From a virus (lineage: Duplodnaviria; Caudoviricetes), in the IMG/VR virus record IMGVR_UViG_3300036944_000273, positions 938 to 64,937 of that record: DNA of 64,000 bases. One strand, 5' to 3'. Below, piece after piece: positions 20,314 to 32,000 of this stretch (position 1 is its first letter; every line of letters starts with the position of its first letter). Made by a program: the position numbers and the translations under genes. The notes under the pieces were generated by a model, which saw only the letters and a list, made by a program, of their open reading frames with translations, did no database searches and was not told the DNA's origin.

Positions 20314-20721
20314 ATGAAATTTAATATTAGGTTGCTTAACGACAGCGACTATGATAATACAATAGCTGGATGGTGGAAAGATTGGGGGGGGCAAGCACCG
20401 CCAAAAGATTCATTACCATTAGATGGTACCGGTGGATTTATGGTGTCAAAGGGTTATGTAGATATTTGTGCAGGATTTGCATACTTTACAAACTCTGGAA
20501 TTGCCTTTTGTGAATTTGTAGTGTCCAACTTTAATTATAGAGAAGAAGATAGAAAACAAGCGATTGAAACTCTTATAAATACTATTAGCGAAGCTAGTAA
20601 AAATGCAGGATACAAATATATGTGGGTGTCTTCATTTAATAAAAATTTAGTTAAGAGATACGAGGCTTGTGGTTATATTAAAACGCAAGAAGATTGCGTA
20701 GAAATGATTAAAAAACTATAA
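20314..20721 (+). CDS. GNAT-like acetyltransferase-fold protein preceding ejection proteins
   Basis: ICAGFAY..FVVSN..R..GYKY..LVKRYEACGY; TATCTTTG box at 20303-20310; ATG 20314. Confidence 0.6.
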   Translation: MKFNIRLLNDSDYDNTIAGWWKDWGGQAPPKDSLPLDGTGGFMVSKGYVDICAGFAYFTNSGIAFCEFVVSNFNYREEDRKQAIETLINTISEASKNAGYKYMWVSSFNKNLVKRYEACGYIKTQEDCVEMIKKL

Positions 20722-20722
20722 C

Positions 20723-21541
20723 ATGGGAGTAGAAACAGCAATCGCTTTAGCCGGACTTGGTATCTCAGCATACCAGGGATTTAAAGGTGCTCAAGCAGAA
20801 TCGGCAGCTAATGAGGCTGCTGCTCAGGCAGCAAGTGACGCAAAAAGAATTTCAGAACAAGATAAGTTTGCTTCACTAAAAGTTCCAACATTGGGTGCTG
20901 AATTAGCACAGCAAAACATTCAAGCTCAACAGGCTAGTACTTTGAGAGCATTACAAGAATCAGGTGCAGCTGGAGTACTTGGAGGCTTGACAGGATTAGG
21001 TCAACAATCTCAAGCTCAAAACTTGCAATTGGCTGCACAAGCTGACCAAATGCAGTATCAAAGAGACGCTGCTTTAGCACAGAATGCTCAACAAATTGAG
21101 CAAGGTCGTATGCAGCGTGAGTTTGCTATGAACCAATCTAAATTAGCTGGTGCTCAATCAGCTGCAGCAGAAGGGAGACAACAACAGAATATGGCAATTC
21201 AAGGCGGCTTAAGTGCTTTATCTAATGCTGCCTCTTTAAAAGCTTATACGGATGTTAATACACCTCAGCCGCCAATGATTATTAATGAAAAATTAAATGG
21301 TAAAGGTCAGGTTCCGGTTTCTTCTAATATACAACCAGCGTCTAATGCATTTGCTGCTCAAATAACTTCAATGAGACCTCAAAATATTCAGATAAATAAC
21401 CCAGCATTAAATCAAATTAAGGGGAATAGTTTATCAAGTATTCCAGGATCCGGTGTTCAAGTATTAACTCCTATGGATTGGATGTCAGCACCAAATTCTC
21501 CATACAATTGGATGTATGGTAACGTAACAACAGGAAAATAA
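20723..21541 (+). CDS. Internal virion (ejection) protein 1
   Basis: Hydrophobic Gly/Ala N-terminus, Ala/Gln-rich helices; position. Confidence 0.65.
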   Translation: MGVETAIALAGLGISAYQGFKGAQAESAANEAAAQAASDAKRISEQDKFASLKVPTLGAELAQQNIQAQQASTLRALQESGAAGVLGGLTGLGQQSQAQNLQLAAQADQMQYQRDAALAQNAQQIEQGRMQREFAMNQSKLAGAQSAAAEGRQQQNMAIQGGLSALSNAASLKAYTDVNTPQPPMIINEKLNGKGQVPVSSNIQPASNAFAAQITSMRPQNIQINNPALNQIKGNSLSSIPGSGVQVLTPMDWMSAPNSPYNWMYGNVTTGK

Positions 21542-21548
21542 TAATAAT

Positions 21549-23042
21549 ATGGCAGAATACGCAGGATATGTTGCATCGCCCCCTATAAACTACGGAGAGA
21601 TATCTGACGGATTGGTTAGTAATATTATTGCTATTGACCAAGCAAAAAGAGAACAAGATAGAAAGACGCAAGAATCTTTTGATAAATATTTTGATGAGAA
21701 CGTAAAGACTATAAAAGATTTTGAATATTCTAAAAGTCCTACGTTTAATAGTAAGGTTGTGCCTCTTGCCGATCAATATAAAAAGGTTATTTATAATGCA
21801 AAGAAAACTGGATCAAAGCAACAAGTTGGTTTAGTTACATCAAATGCAAAGACTAGCATTAACAACATCAATCAAGCTATGAAATCTATTAGCGATAATG
21901 TTGGTATTATTGAAAAAACTACCTTGGAGGGCAAAAACTCTGCAATGGGAAATGTTTATTCAGATTATTATGCAGATATTGTTAGCCCTAATAATGGTGA
22001 ATTTACTGTTTTAGATGACGGAACAACAGCATATACTTTATACAATAAAGATGGCAAGATTGAGTCAACTAATAGTATGTTTGATCCTGCTACATTGACA
22101 AAACCTGCTCCTTTTCTTGATGCTCCTGTAGATTATGAAAAGAATTTAACTGATTGGGTAGCAAGTATTGGCACAGTTCAAGATGAGCAAGGACGTATTA
22201 CTACAGTTAGCCCTGCATTAAATCCAGCGTTTGGTAATGCTAAACAAACAAAGATTGCAGAATTAACATCTACTCCGAGAAATGCCGCACGTTTTTTATC
22301 ATCTGTTGCGGGATATAAAGGATTTAAAAATGAAGAATCAAGACAAGAATTAATTGCAAGTGGAGTTCCCAAAGAAAAGTTAATTCAAGTATCATTGGTT
22401 GATGGTATCCCTCAGCCCATTTTAACTGACACACAAAAGAAGGCTGCAAAGGCAATTGCAGCTCAACAAATTGACCAACGTGTTGGTATTAAAAAGATGG
22501 AAGATGAGGAGCCAAGAGATCCTTTTGCATATTATGATTACAAAAAACAACAAGAGGACGCTGCAAAAATGGCTCCTAAAATAAAAGCTGTTAAAAATGC
22601 TGAGGCAATTTATAATGCTTTTAGAACTGCAGGTGAAGCCGGAAAGATGGGTCAAATTCCCGAATTCTCTCCATTAAAAGAAGCAGGCCGATTAAAAGGA
22701 TGGACTAATTTATCGGTATCAAATGTTGGAGGTGAAGTGGTTGTGTATGGAAAGGCTAAAGGTGCTAAAAAATCATCTGATTTAAAAGAACTAGCTAGAT
22801 TAAGTTCTCCTGGCGAAGTTTATGCATTCTTAACTGGTAAAGAAAATATTATTGATGCAAAATCTGATTTTGATGTAACAAAAGATTATATGCAATATAA
22901 TCAACCATCTGAACCTGAGAAACAACAGGAAAATGTTGTAACTTTATCCCAAATTAAGTCACTAAGCACTCAGCAAAGAGGTGGACTTAACGAGCAGGAG
23001 TATGCTGCGTTCTTAAAAAGTCAAGGTTATACAGTAAAATAG
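21549..23042 (+). CDS. Internal virion (ejection) protein 2
   Basis: 497 aa helical protein between ejection genes. Confidence 0.55.
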   Translation: MAEYAGYVASPPINYGEISDGLVSNIIAIDQAKREQDRKTQESFDKYFDENVKTIKDFEYSKSPTFNSKVVPLADQYKKVIYNAKKTGSKQQVGLVTSNAKTSINNINQAMKSISDNVGIIEKTTLEGKNSAMGNVYSDYYADIVSPNNGEFTVLDDGTTAYTLYNKDGKIESTNSMFDPATLTKPAPFLDAPVDYEKNLTDWVASIGTVQDEQGRITTVSPALNPAFGNAKQTKIAELTSTPRNAARFLSSVAGYKGFKNEESRQELIASGVPKEKLIQVSLVDGIPQPILTDTQKKAAKAIAAQQIDQRVGIKKMEDEEPRDPFAYYDYKKQQEDAAKMAPKIKAVKNAEAIYNAFRTAGEAGKMGQIPEFSPLKEAGRLKGWTNLSVSNVGGEVVVYGKAKGAKKSSDLKELARLSSPGEVYAFLTGKENIIDAKSDFDVTKDYMQYNQPSEPEKQQENVVTLSQIKSLSTQQRGGLNEQEYAAFLKSQGYTVK

Positions 23043-23048
23043 CAAAAG

Positions 23049-26000
23049 ATGTCAGATCAAATACCTCAATTACCAGTACCTTCAGCCGAAGAAATTAAAA
23101 AGTTTAAAGCTAAAGTGCCATCGGTAGGGGTTTCAGGTGGAACGGGTTTACCTATTCCATCATCCGAGGATATAAAAAAATTCAAGGCACCTGTAGTTGA
23201 AAAAAAAAAGCCTATGGCTTCTCCTTCAGTTTTGGAGAAACCAGCTGCTTCATCGGTTGCCGGATTACGTCCAATGGCACCTTTATCGGTATCTACTTCA
23301 ACTAAAAAGCCTGAGCAATTAGTTGCACCAACACCTGTCGCTAAACCAGTTCAAGCACCCACACAAAACGTGAGTGTGACTGGCAGCCAAGGCAAGCTTT
23401 TAATTCCTGATCCAATCCAAAAGGTGCCAGCTGTTAAAGAAACAGTTACATCTTTTAAGAAAGTACCTGTATTTAAATCAGATAAAGACTTAGCTTTGAA
23501 TCCAGAGCTAATGCTTAAGGCTATCTTTAAAAATGAGCAGGGTACACTAGGCAAGACGACAAGCGTAAAAGCTTCAGGCGGTATGCGTAACACGGCATCT
23601 GGTACATATCAGATGACTGATGAAACCAAGAGAGACGTATACAATAGAAACAAAGAATTTCAAAACCAATTCGGTAATTATAATTCATTCTTAAAAGAGT
23701 TTAACAAGAACCCTTCATTGGAATTTGAGGCTGCGTTGAGCCACATGACTGACTTGGTTAAGCAGTACGGCAAGTATGCTATGGCTGCTTGGTACTCACC
23801 TAGCCATGCTGCTCAAGCGGCAAATGGTAATGTGCGTGCACTAAATACTGTACCAAGAAAAGATGCTGGAAATAAAATGACCGTTAAGGCATATTATGAC
23901 AATGCAATCAATGAGTACAAAAGATTATCCAAAGGCTTTAAAGGAGAGAAAGACTTTGTTAAAGTTCCTGTAAAAACAGAAGTTATCAAACAACCTGCGG
24001 TGAACGTGCCTTCTCTTGAGAAGTTTAACGTGTTAAACCCTAACTGGTATGGTGGGCCTGTAACTAATGAAGCAAAGCCTGCTGTTGCACCTAAGAAAGT
24101 TGGGGCAATCGAAGATATCAATAACAGATTCTTGTCTTCTGCTTCTAATCTTGCTAGTGGTATTGCTGGCTTGCCTAATGCTGCTAACAAAGCAGGGTTA
24201 ATGATGACTGCCAAACTTCTTGGCATTGACGATGAGTATAATGCTCTACCTGTTCAAGCAAAAAAAGAAGTTGACGCAGTCGTGTCAAATATTGCACAAA
24301 AGGGGGGCGTTCCCTCAGGAGTTGTTTCTAGCCAAGTACAAGATTATTTTATTAGAAAGAGCGATGAGTTTCTTGAGAATACAAATAAGTCTGATAAATA
24401 TATTAATGAAAGATTTGGGGATTTCTTTAAAGCACCATCTGTAGATAAAGCTACTGATTTGTTTCTTGAGATTCCTAGAGGTTTTGCTGGTAGCTTGCCG
24501 TACATGATAAACCCATTACTTGGGGCTATCAGTGCTGGTAGCGAGCAGTACAATAAAGATATAAAAGAAGCAGATGGCAAGTTAGGTTGGGGGCAATTAG
24601 TTAACGCTGGTGTTACTGGTGTCAGCGAATATTATATTGAGAAAATTACAAAGGGTATTTTAAACCGTTCAGTTGCAAGTGCTATTGGTGTCCCAAAAGT
24701 TGCTAAAGAATTAGCTGATGGATTTGTTAAGTCTGTGTTGAAAGACGTTGGAATGGAGTCAGCCGGTGAAGGATTAACTCAATTGATTCAGTCAGTGAGT
24801 AATGATATCACAAAGGGCAACGAGATTGACTGGGTAAAGACTGCTAATGAAACACTCGATGCAGCTATAACTGGTGCTGGTATTGCTGGCGGCATGAGAA
24901 CAACTGGTGCTGGTATTGGATACCTAGCCAAGAAAGTTATGCCTCCATCTGAAAAGAATGAGATTGATCGTAACACTAGAGCTATCATGGACCTCAATAG
25001 CAAAAAAGGTCCTGACAATTCACCTGAGGTGAATGCTGTTATCGATAGCAGAGTAAAAGAATTAGACGATGTCAATAAGAATATTATCAATACTAACATT
25101 GATAAAGTTAAGTCTATGTCAGACGATCAACTTAAAGAGATCGTAAACATCGATAAAGGTATTAGTGATATTTATACACAGCGTGATGCTGTTGTTTCTA
25201 ATGAAAATCTTAACGATGAAGAAAAACAATCATTGTTAGATTATTTAAAATCCAGAGCTACAAAATTAAACGAACAAAAAGATGCCATTCAAAAGCAAAC
25301 AACAAGTGAAGTTCCTATTCAGCCAGAAGCCGGAGCTGGCGTCCAAGTGGCGGAAGGAGAATCCCAAGCAAAACCTCAAGTCGCTGCCAAAGAAGGTCAA
25401 GAAGTAGTAGACATTACAGCCAGTATACCTAAGCAAGATTTGCCTAAGGTGATGGACTTGGTTGGCAAAATTGAGAAAGGCGAGCAAGCGTCTTCTCCTG
25501 AAGACTTGCAGACACAGCAGAACTATGCCAAGGAAGTGGAAGCACTTCTAGCTAAACGTGCTGCTGATGTTAAAGCTGTGGAGTATAGCTTTGATGTTAA
25601 TACTCCTACTAAATTTAACGAATCAGAAATGCCTGAGGTGTCAGTTGATAACATCGACTGGGAAGCAAGCGGTATGGGTAATGTGTATGATGCAATCGAC
25701 TCATATGGTGGCATCAATGATATCACAGTTGTTGACGTTCGTGGCAAGAATGCAGATGGATTGTATGAGGCAAAAGTTCGCGTTAAAGGACAAGATGTGT
25801 CTCGCGAAGGTGTTGTTTTACTTAAGGATCCGAACGCTCAACAGAAGCCACGTGTGGCTCGCAAAAAGAACGTATCGCCTGAGTTCTTGGCAGTAGAAAA
25901 AGTATTGTCAGACAATGGCGTGTATCCTTCATTTGATAACGTAGAAGAAATTGTTAAGATTACTAAAGGTAAGGCTGGCAACATTACTCAGCAAGACGTT

Positions 26001-29000
26001 CAAGATGTAGTTAAGGTATATAATAAGAAAGCAAAAGCAATTGCTGATGCATTTAATAAACAAAAGCCAAATGAAAATATACAAGCTAAAAAGCCTAGAG
26101 CCGATGTCGCTGCCGAGGAAACTACGCAGGGGACACAACCTGAAGCTGGAGCAACTGAGCAGCCTGCACAAGCTATTAGTAAAAGGCAAGAAATCAAAAG
26201 CTCTCTCGAAAACCTTAAAGATGTCGGCCTCCTAAGGTCAGCTATAACTGGCAAGAAAGATATATCTCAAGGAGAGATAGATTCTCAAATGGCACTAACA
26301 GATGCCATGGCTAATGTATGGAGAGAGACAACTGGCCGTGATGACTTCTATGAAAACTTCTTTAATGACGTTAGTCAAGGAGACATAGACAGTATTATGG
26401 AGAAGGGTGGCGTATTGTTCCAAAACATAGAGCTACCACAACGTCCACTTACTCGTGTTTCGTTAGGCGTGTTTGACTTGCTTGAGTTTAAGAAGATGGA
26501 GGGTCAAGAGGTATCTATTAATTCAGTTAAAGACTTAGCTAGAACAAGAGGCAAGCAAATCGAGAAAGATTTAATGCAGACTGTTCTTGACTACGATAAA
26601 TATAAGGAAGCTAAAAAGATTTCATACGACGAGTTTAAGAGCGACGTAGAGATGCAAGTAATGAAGCTTGAGAAGATTGTAACTTCTTCTTATGCTTCAT
26701 ATGGTGCTGACAATCTTGGAGATGATGGTGTATATGGTGATGCAAATACTATTATATACAATAGTCCAATAGATCATGGTGAGTATGGCCACTTTAGAGG
26801 AGACTTTAAATATAGTGGTATTAAAAAAAATATAAGCGATTTTGATAATACTGAATGGGAAATAAAACAAATCCCAGGAACTGATCAATATGTAGCTGTT
26901 GATAAGTCAATGCCTGATAATGTTTCTCAAGATCAATTATCAAACTATATTGGTACAGCAGGGAATAAGGAGTCTGTTGAAAGATGGGTGAGTCAACGTA
27001 ACTTATGGCAAATGACAAATGAGCAGGCACGTCAAGGAGACGTGAACGTAGGCTTATTTGGTCATACACGTGTTTGGTATGACGAAGGCAATCCATATTA
27101 CTTAGCTGAACTTCAAAGTGATTACTTCCAAAAGAACGACCCAAATGATTTGTATGCTAGTCAGGTAGATAGAGAAGAAGGAATAGATTATGCGTATGAA
27201 AAATATAATAAAGAACATCGTCCTGAAGTTTTAAAAGAAATAAAAAAGGCATTAAATGTAAAAATAGAAATTGAAAATAGGGGTAAAGGTGAAGAAAAGT
27301 ATTCTTGGGCAAAAGCATATGTATACAAGGATAATGGCGATAAATTAATAGAATCTCCAGTATATGAGCAATTGAGAGCTGATGGAGGTAGTATGGATAA
27401 CGAAGATTGGGATGAATTTTTACTTAATGAAGTTGGTGGTACTTTGTTATTGCAACGGCCATTTAACAGCGAAAAAACCAAAAAAGAGATTGAGGAATTA
27501 TTAAATAATGATCCAGAATCGTTGCGTACTATTGGATATAGATATAAAAGTTTAGATAAAACTTATACGGAAGCTAAATATGAATTAATTCAACAATACA
27601 GAAACGAGTACACTAAAAACGAAATAGAAAAAATTAAGAACTCTGAGAAGGGCGTATCAATGCTTAAGCAATTTGTGGCATCTCAGAAAGTTCATGAGCT
27701 TAGATTACTTCGTGAGTCATTCCGTAACGCTGCACAAGAAGGAGCTGAGACTTTACGTTTCCCTACACCTTTTACACTTGCTGTAATTGAAGGTTATGTG
27801 AATAAGCCAGGAGAAAATGGAGCTCCGTATGAAATTGTTTCTGGGAATAGCGACAGATTATACCAAGGCGACATCATTGATTATGGTGGGACTGAGATGG
27901 TTGTTGTGGGTCAAGATGGGCTTAGGATAATGGTAGCACCTAGAGATGAAGTGCAGATATATGACTACTATGATTATGTAAACAGCGAAGTAGAATATTT
28001 TTTAGATGAAACTTTATCTTATTTAAGAAGAGATTTTAATGATGTTAATAATATAACAGAATCAGATATTGAGAATTTTGATTTTGAAAATTTAGATTGG
28101 CAAGCAAGTGACACTCAAGATATATTATTAGCTGCTATTAATGATTCAGAGACAGGAATTATATCTTTAAAAGATGTAGAAGAAAAAATTGAAGATGCAA
28201 TTAGAAGCAGTTTTGATAATTTATCTGTTGGTGATTTATTTATGGGAGATGAAATATATTCAGATGGTGATCAAACATATTACGTTATAGAAAGAAGAAA
28301 CCAAGTAGAGACTTTTTATCAGCCAGATGAATATGATGACACTACTGATCCTGATCTATACGAAGCTAATCTAGGCGATGCACAAAAAACAGTTGTCAAT
28401 AAGTATAAGGAGCTTAATAAGATATTTAAAAAAATGCGTCCCGATGCTGAGGTTATTACCGATGACAACGGCATGCAATGGCTTGAGACTAAACTTACTC
28501 CTGAGGATGCCAACAACCCTCTTATTGCGTTCCAAGAAGAAGGCGGTAATATTAAAGGTGCTGTTGACTTCTCGAATGATAATAAGGCATCTGTGTACAT
28601 GTTCGATGGTGCAGACATCACAACATTGGCTCACGAAATGTCAGGCCACTTGGGCCGTAGATTCTTAGAGCAACTGTCAAGTGTAGACGAAGACTTTGCT
28701 AAAGACTATGAGGCGGCAAAAGAATGGGCGGGCGTTAGAGATAATCAATGGACAATTGCTGCAGAAGAGAAATGGGCTCGTGGATTTGAGAAATACTTAA
28801 GAGATGGCAAGGCTCCAACAAAAGCCTTGAAGTCTGTGTTTGATAATCTGCGTGATTGGTTGAAGAATATCTATAAGTATATCAAAGGTAGTAGCATCGA
28901 CATAGAGTTAACTCCTCAGATAACCAAAGTATTTGACAACTTGTTAGGAGCTCGTAGCGAAGACGTAGGCATTAAAGAACTACCTGGCTATGATCGAATG

Positions 29001-32000
29001 ATGGGTGAGGTAGAAGGCATTGTCGATAAGTCATTTAAGCGTGGCGTTTCTTACAATCAAACTTTAGAAAATGCTCTTAGTTATCTATCTACATCAAAAG
29101 TGTATGAGGATGCAACAGACATCCAGCGTGAGGCAATGGTGCGTGAGATTCGTAAGATGTTTAAGCAGAAAGAAAAGAAAGCTCCGACTGTACAAAAGAT
29201 CTTAGGCCAAGAGCCAACATTGACAACTGTTGTTATTGACGAAGCAAAAGAAATAAACAAAAGACTCAAGGCTCTTGATGCTGCGGAGACAGCAGGAAGA
29301 AAGAAGGGATACAAAGAAGGAACAAAGGAATCAGAAGATGCAAAGAAAGATATCATTGATATCGTCAGATCAATGAAGGTTAATAACAAGATTTCTGGTT
29401 CACAGTTTAAGGCTATTGTTAATGCACTTAAAGGTAACCTCCTAAATCCTGTAATCCGTAAGCGTGTTGAAGAGCGTATTGCAAAGATTATTAATCGGGC
29501 AAACTATGCTGATCAATTAGAGCGTGCCAATAAACTTAGCAAAGCAATTAAAAAAGCTTCTAAGTCTAATACATTGCCAGCTAACATAGCTAAGATGGCT
29601 AGAAACTTTGGTAAGATTAAGCCAAATTCTGTGCCAAATATTGAAGAGTATATGGACATGGCAACTTTGGTTTATGACTCTATTGGTAAGCCTATGCGTA
29701 GCATTGCATCAGAAGATATGATCAATGAATACACAGAACTTAGATTGCAAGAAGCTAGAGATGCAAAAAATGATGTCTTGGCAGAGCAATATAAGGCACT
29801 TGTTGATGGTGGTATTTTACCTTCAGGTATGCCATTAAAAGAAATCCAAGATTATATTTTAAGTGTTGAGCAAAAGAAAGCACAAGAAATAAGCAAGGAA
29901 AAAGAAAAAGAAATGCGTGCCAACCTAAAGGCAGTATTTGAAGCTTTATCTGACATATCCAATACAATTGTTACAGAAGGTATAAATCCATTAACAGGGG
30001 AGGAAATAGAGGTTAGTGCTGAAGATAAGAAGATGATACAAGAGTTCACTAATATGGACTTGGATAAACTATCAATTCCATCTGCTTACCGTGCTCAAGA
30101 AGCACTAATGAACTACGTTATCAATGGTAAAAAGTTTGGCATGAGATCAATCTTGGCTAAGTACCAAGGACAAGAAAATGTTAAGATTGCTGTTGATAAA
30201 GGGTTGAAAGCTGCTGATTTTAGATGGGCAGTAGGTGGTAGCTGGTGGGGTTCACGCAAGTGGGCTAAAGAAGTTGAGTCAATACCAGGATTATTTACTT
30301 GGTTATTTAGAGGTAGAAATCGTGGTGGCGAAATGATGAAGCTTATGGGACTTGATGAATTCATGGCTGGTGCTGCCGAAGGAAAGCTTAAGCGGATTGA
30401 GGCTGAGAATGAATACATTGCTAAGTTCTTAAATAAGAAGCCTAACGGCAAGCGTTTTAATAACATCAACAATACATATGAGAGATTAGTGTATGCTTAT
30501 TTATCTCGTACGGTTGATGGAACTCCAGAGCAAAAGCAAGACGAGTTTGATCGACGCAAGAGAATTCTTTTACAAAACGTGCAAGCAATGTATCAATCAA
30601 GAAATAAAGAATTGATTGAAGAAGGTAAAGTATTGGAGAAAGAATTAAATAAAGTCAAGAATGCAAAGACTTCATCTGAGATGCAAGGTAAGTTTGATAA
30701 GATAAATGAGGAGGCTGTACAGTTTATCTCAAATAAATTTGATCAAAACTTTGACTTTGTTGAAGATGTAGCAGAAGGGGTATACAACTTGATACTAAAC
30801 AAAGACGAGCTATATACTCCTGACATGTTTAGAAGTATTGTAGAGAAAGATGTCAATGTAGCTGAAGCTCAGGAGACTGTCGACTTGCCTTTTGATTTAT
30901 TAAACAAGAAGCCTGCAGGCACAATGATGGAGAACAAACGTATCCAGAATTTACCAGGCTACGACGTTGAGAATAAAGATGCATCTAATGTAGAGAAGAT
31001 TCTTAGATTAGACTTTGATGCTAGTTCATTTAATGCACTAGAAAAGGCACTTGTTGACGCAAATACAGCGGAGGCAGTACAGAAGTATAGTGCATTTGTT
31101 AATTCAAAAGACTTTATTAAGTTATTTGATAACATTAAGGACCAGCAATTATTTAAGGAGATTGTAAACTTCTATATAAATAACGAGCGTGGTAAGATTG
31201 GTTATAAGTCTGATTGGAAAGCTGTACAGAACTTTACAAACAGAATTAAATCTTTATCTACATATCGTGCACTAGGATCACTTACTGCAATTGTTAAGCA
31301 GTCTGCATCAGCAGCAATTAACACGGCAATTAACTTATCTAATGATCCATATGCAATGAAGCAAGTTGCTAATGCGATGTTCTTTAATTCAGACATCCAA
31401 GATTTTATTAGCAGAAATAGAAGTGAGATTAATCTACGTGGTGCGGAGTCAACAGCCGACATTAAATCTGCTGAAAAATTAATCCGTGATTCAAAATATC
31501 AGACAGTTAATGATGTATTAGATACTGTTGATAAACTAGGTAGATTTCAAATGAAGTCTTTGGCAGCAGGTGACGTGCCTTTGGCTCGTGCTTCTTGGTT
31601 TGGTTATTATATACACGCTCTTAAAAAAGAAGGCAAGCCTTATAATAATATAGACTGGGCTACAGAAAATATTGACAAAGATGCTCTTGCTTATGCTAAC
31701 AGAGAGGTGTCTCTTAATCAAAATGCTAGTATGCCATCTACTATGGGTAGAGCTTTTGCTAGTAAGAACCCGGCTACTAAACTTATTATGGCTTATGTAT
31801 TCCCATACACAAGTTTCTTGTTTAATGCTAAGAGTAGATTGAAGACTGACATTACGGTGTTAACTAGTAAGTTGGCTACTGCGGAAGACAAGCAAGCTGC
31901 AGGCCGATCAATGGTTGCGACATTAGCTGAGTTACCTGCATATATAATGATGCAAACAGCTATCAACTATGGACTAGTTACATTAGCTAATATGTTCCTT

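Noticed and set aside
25558-25896. 112-aa +1-frame ORF inside the giant gene
   Set aside because: Leu/Met-rich composition typical of shadow frames; overlies a structured-looking region; no family resemblance
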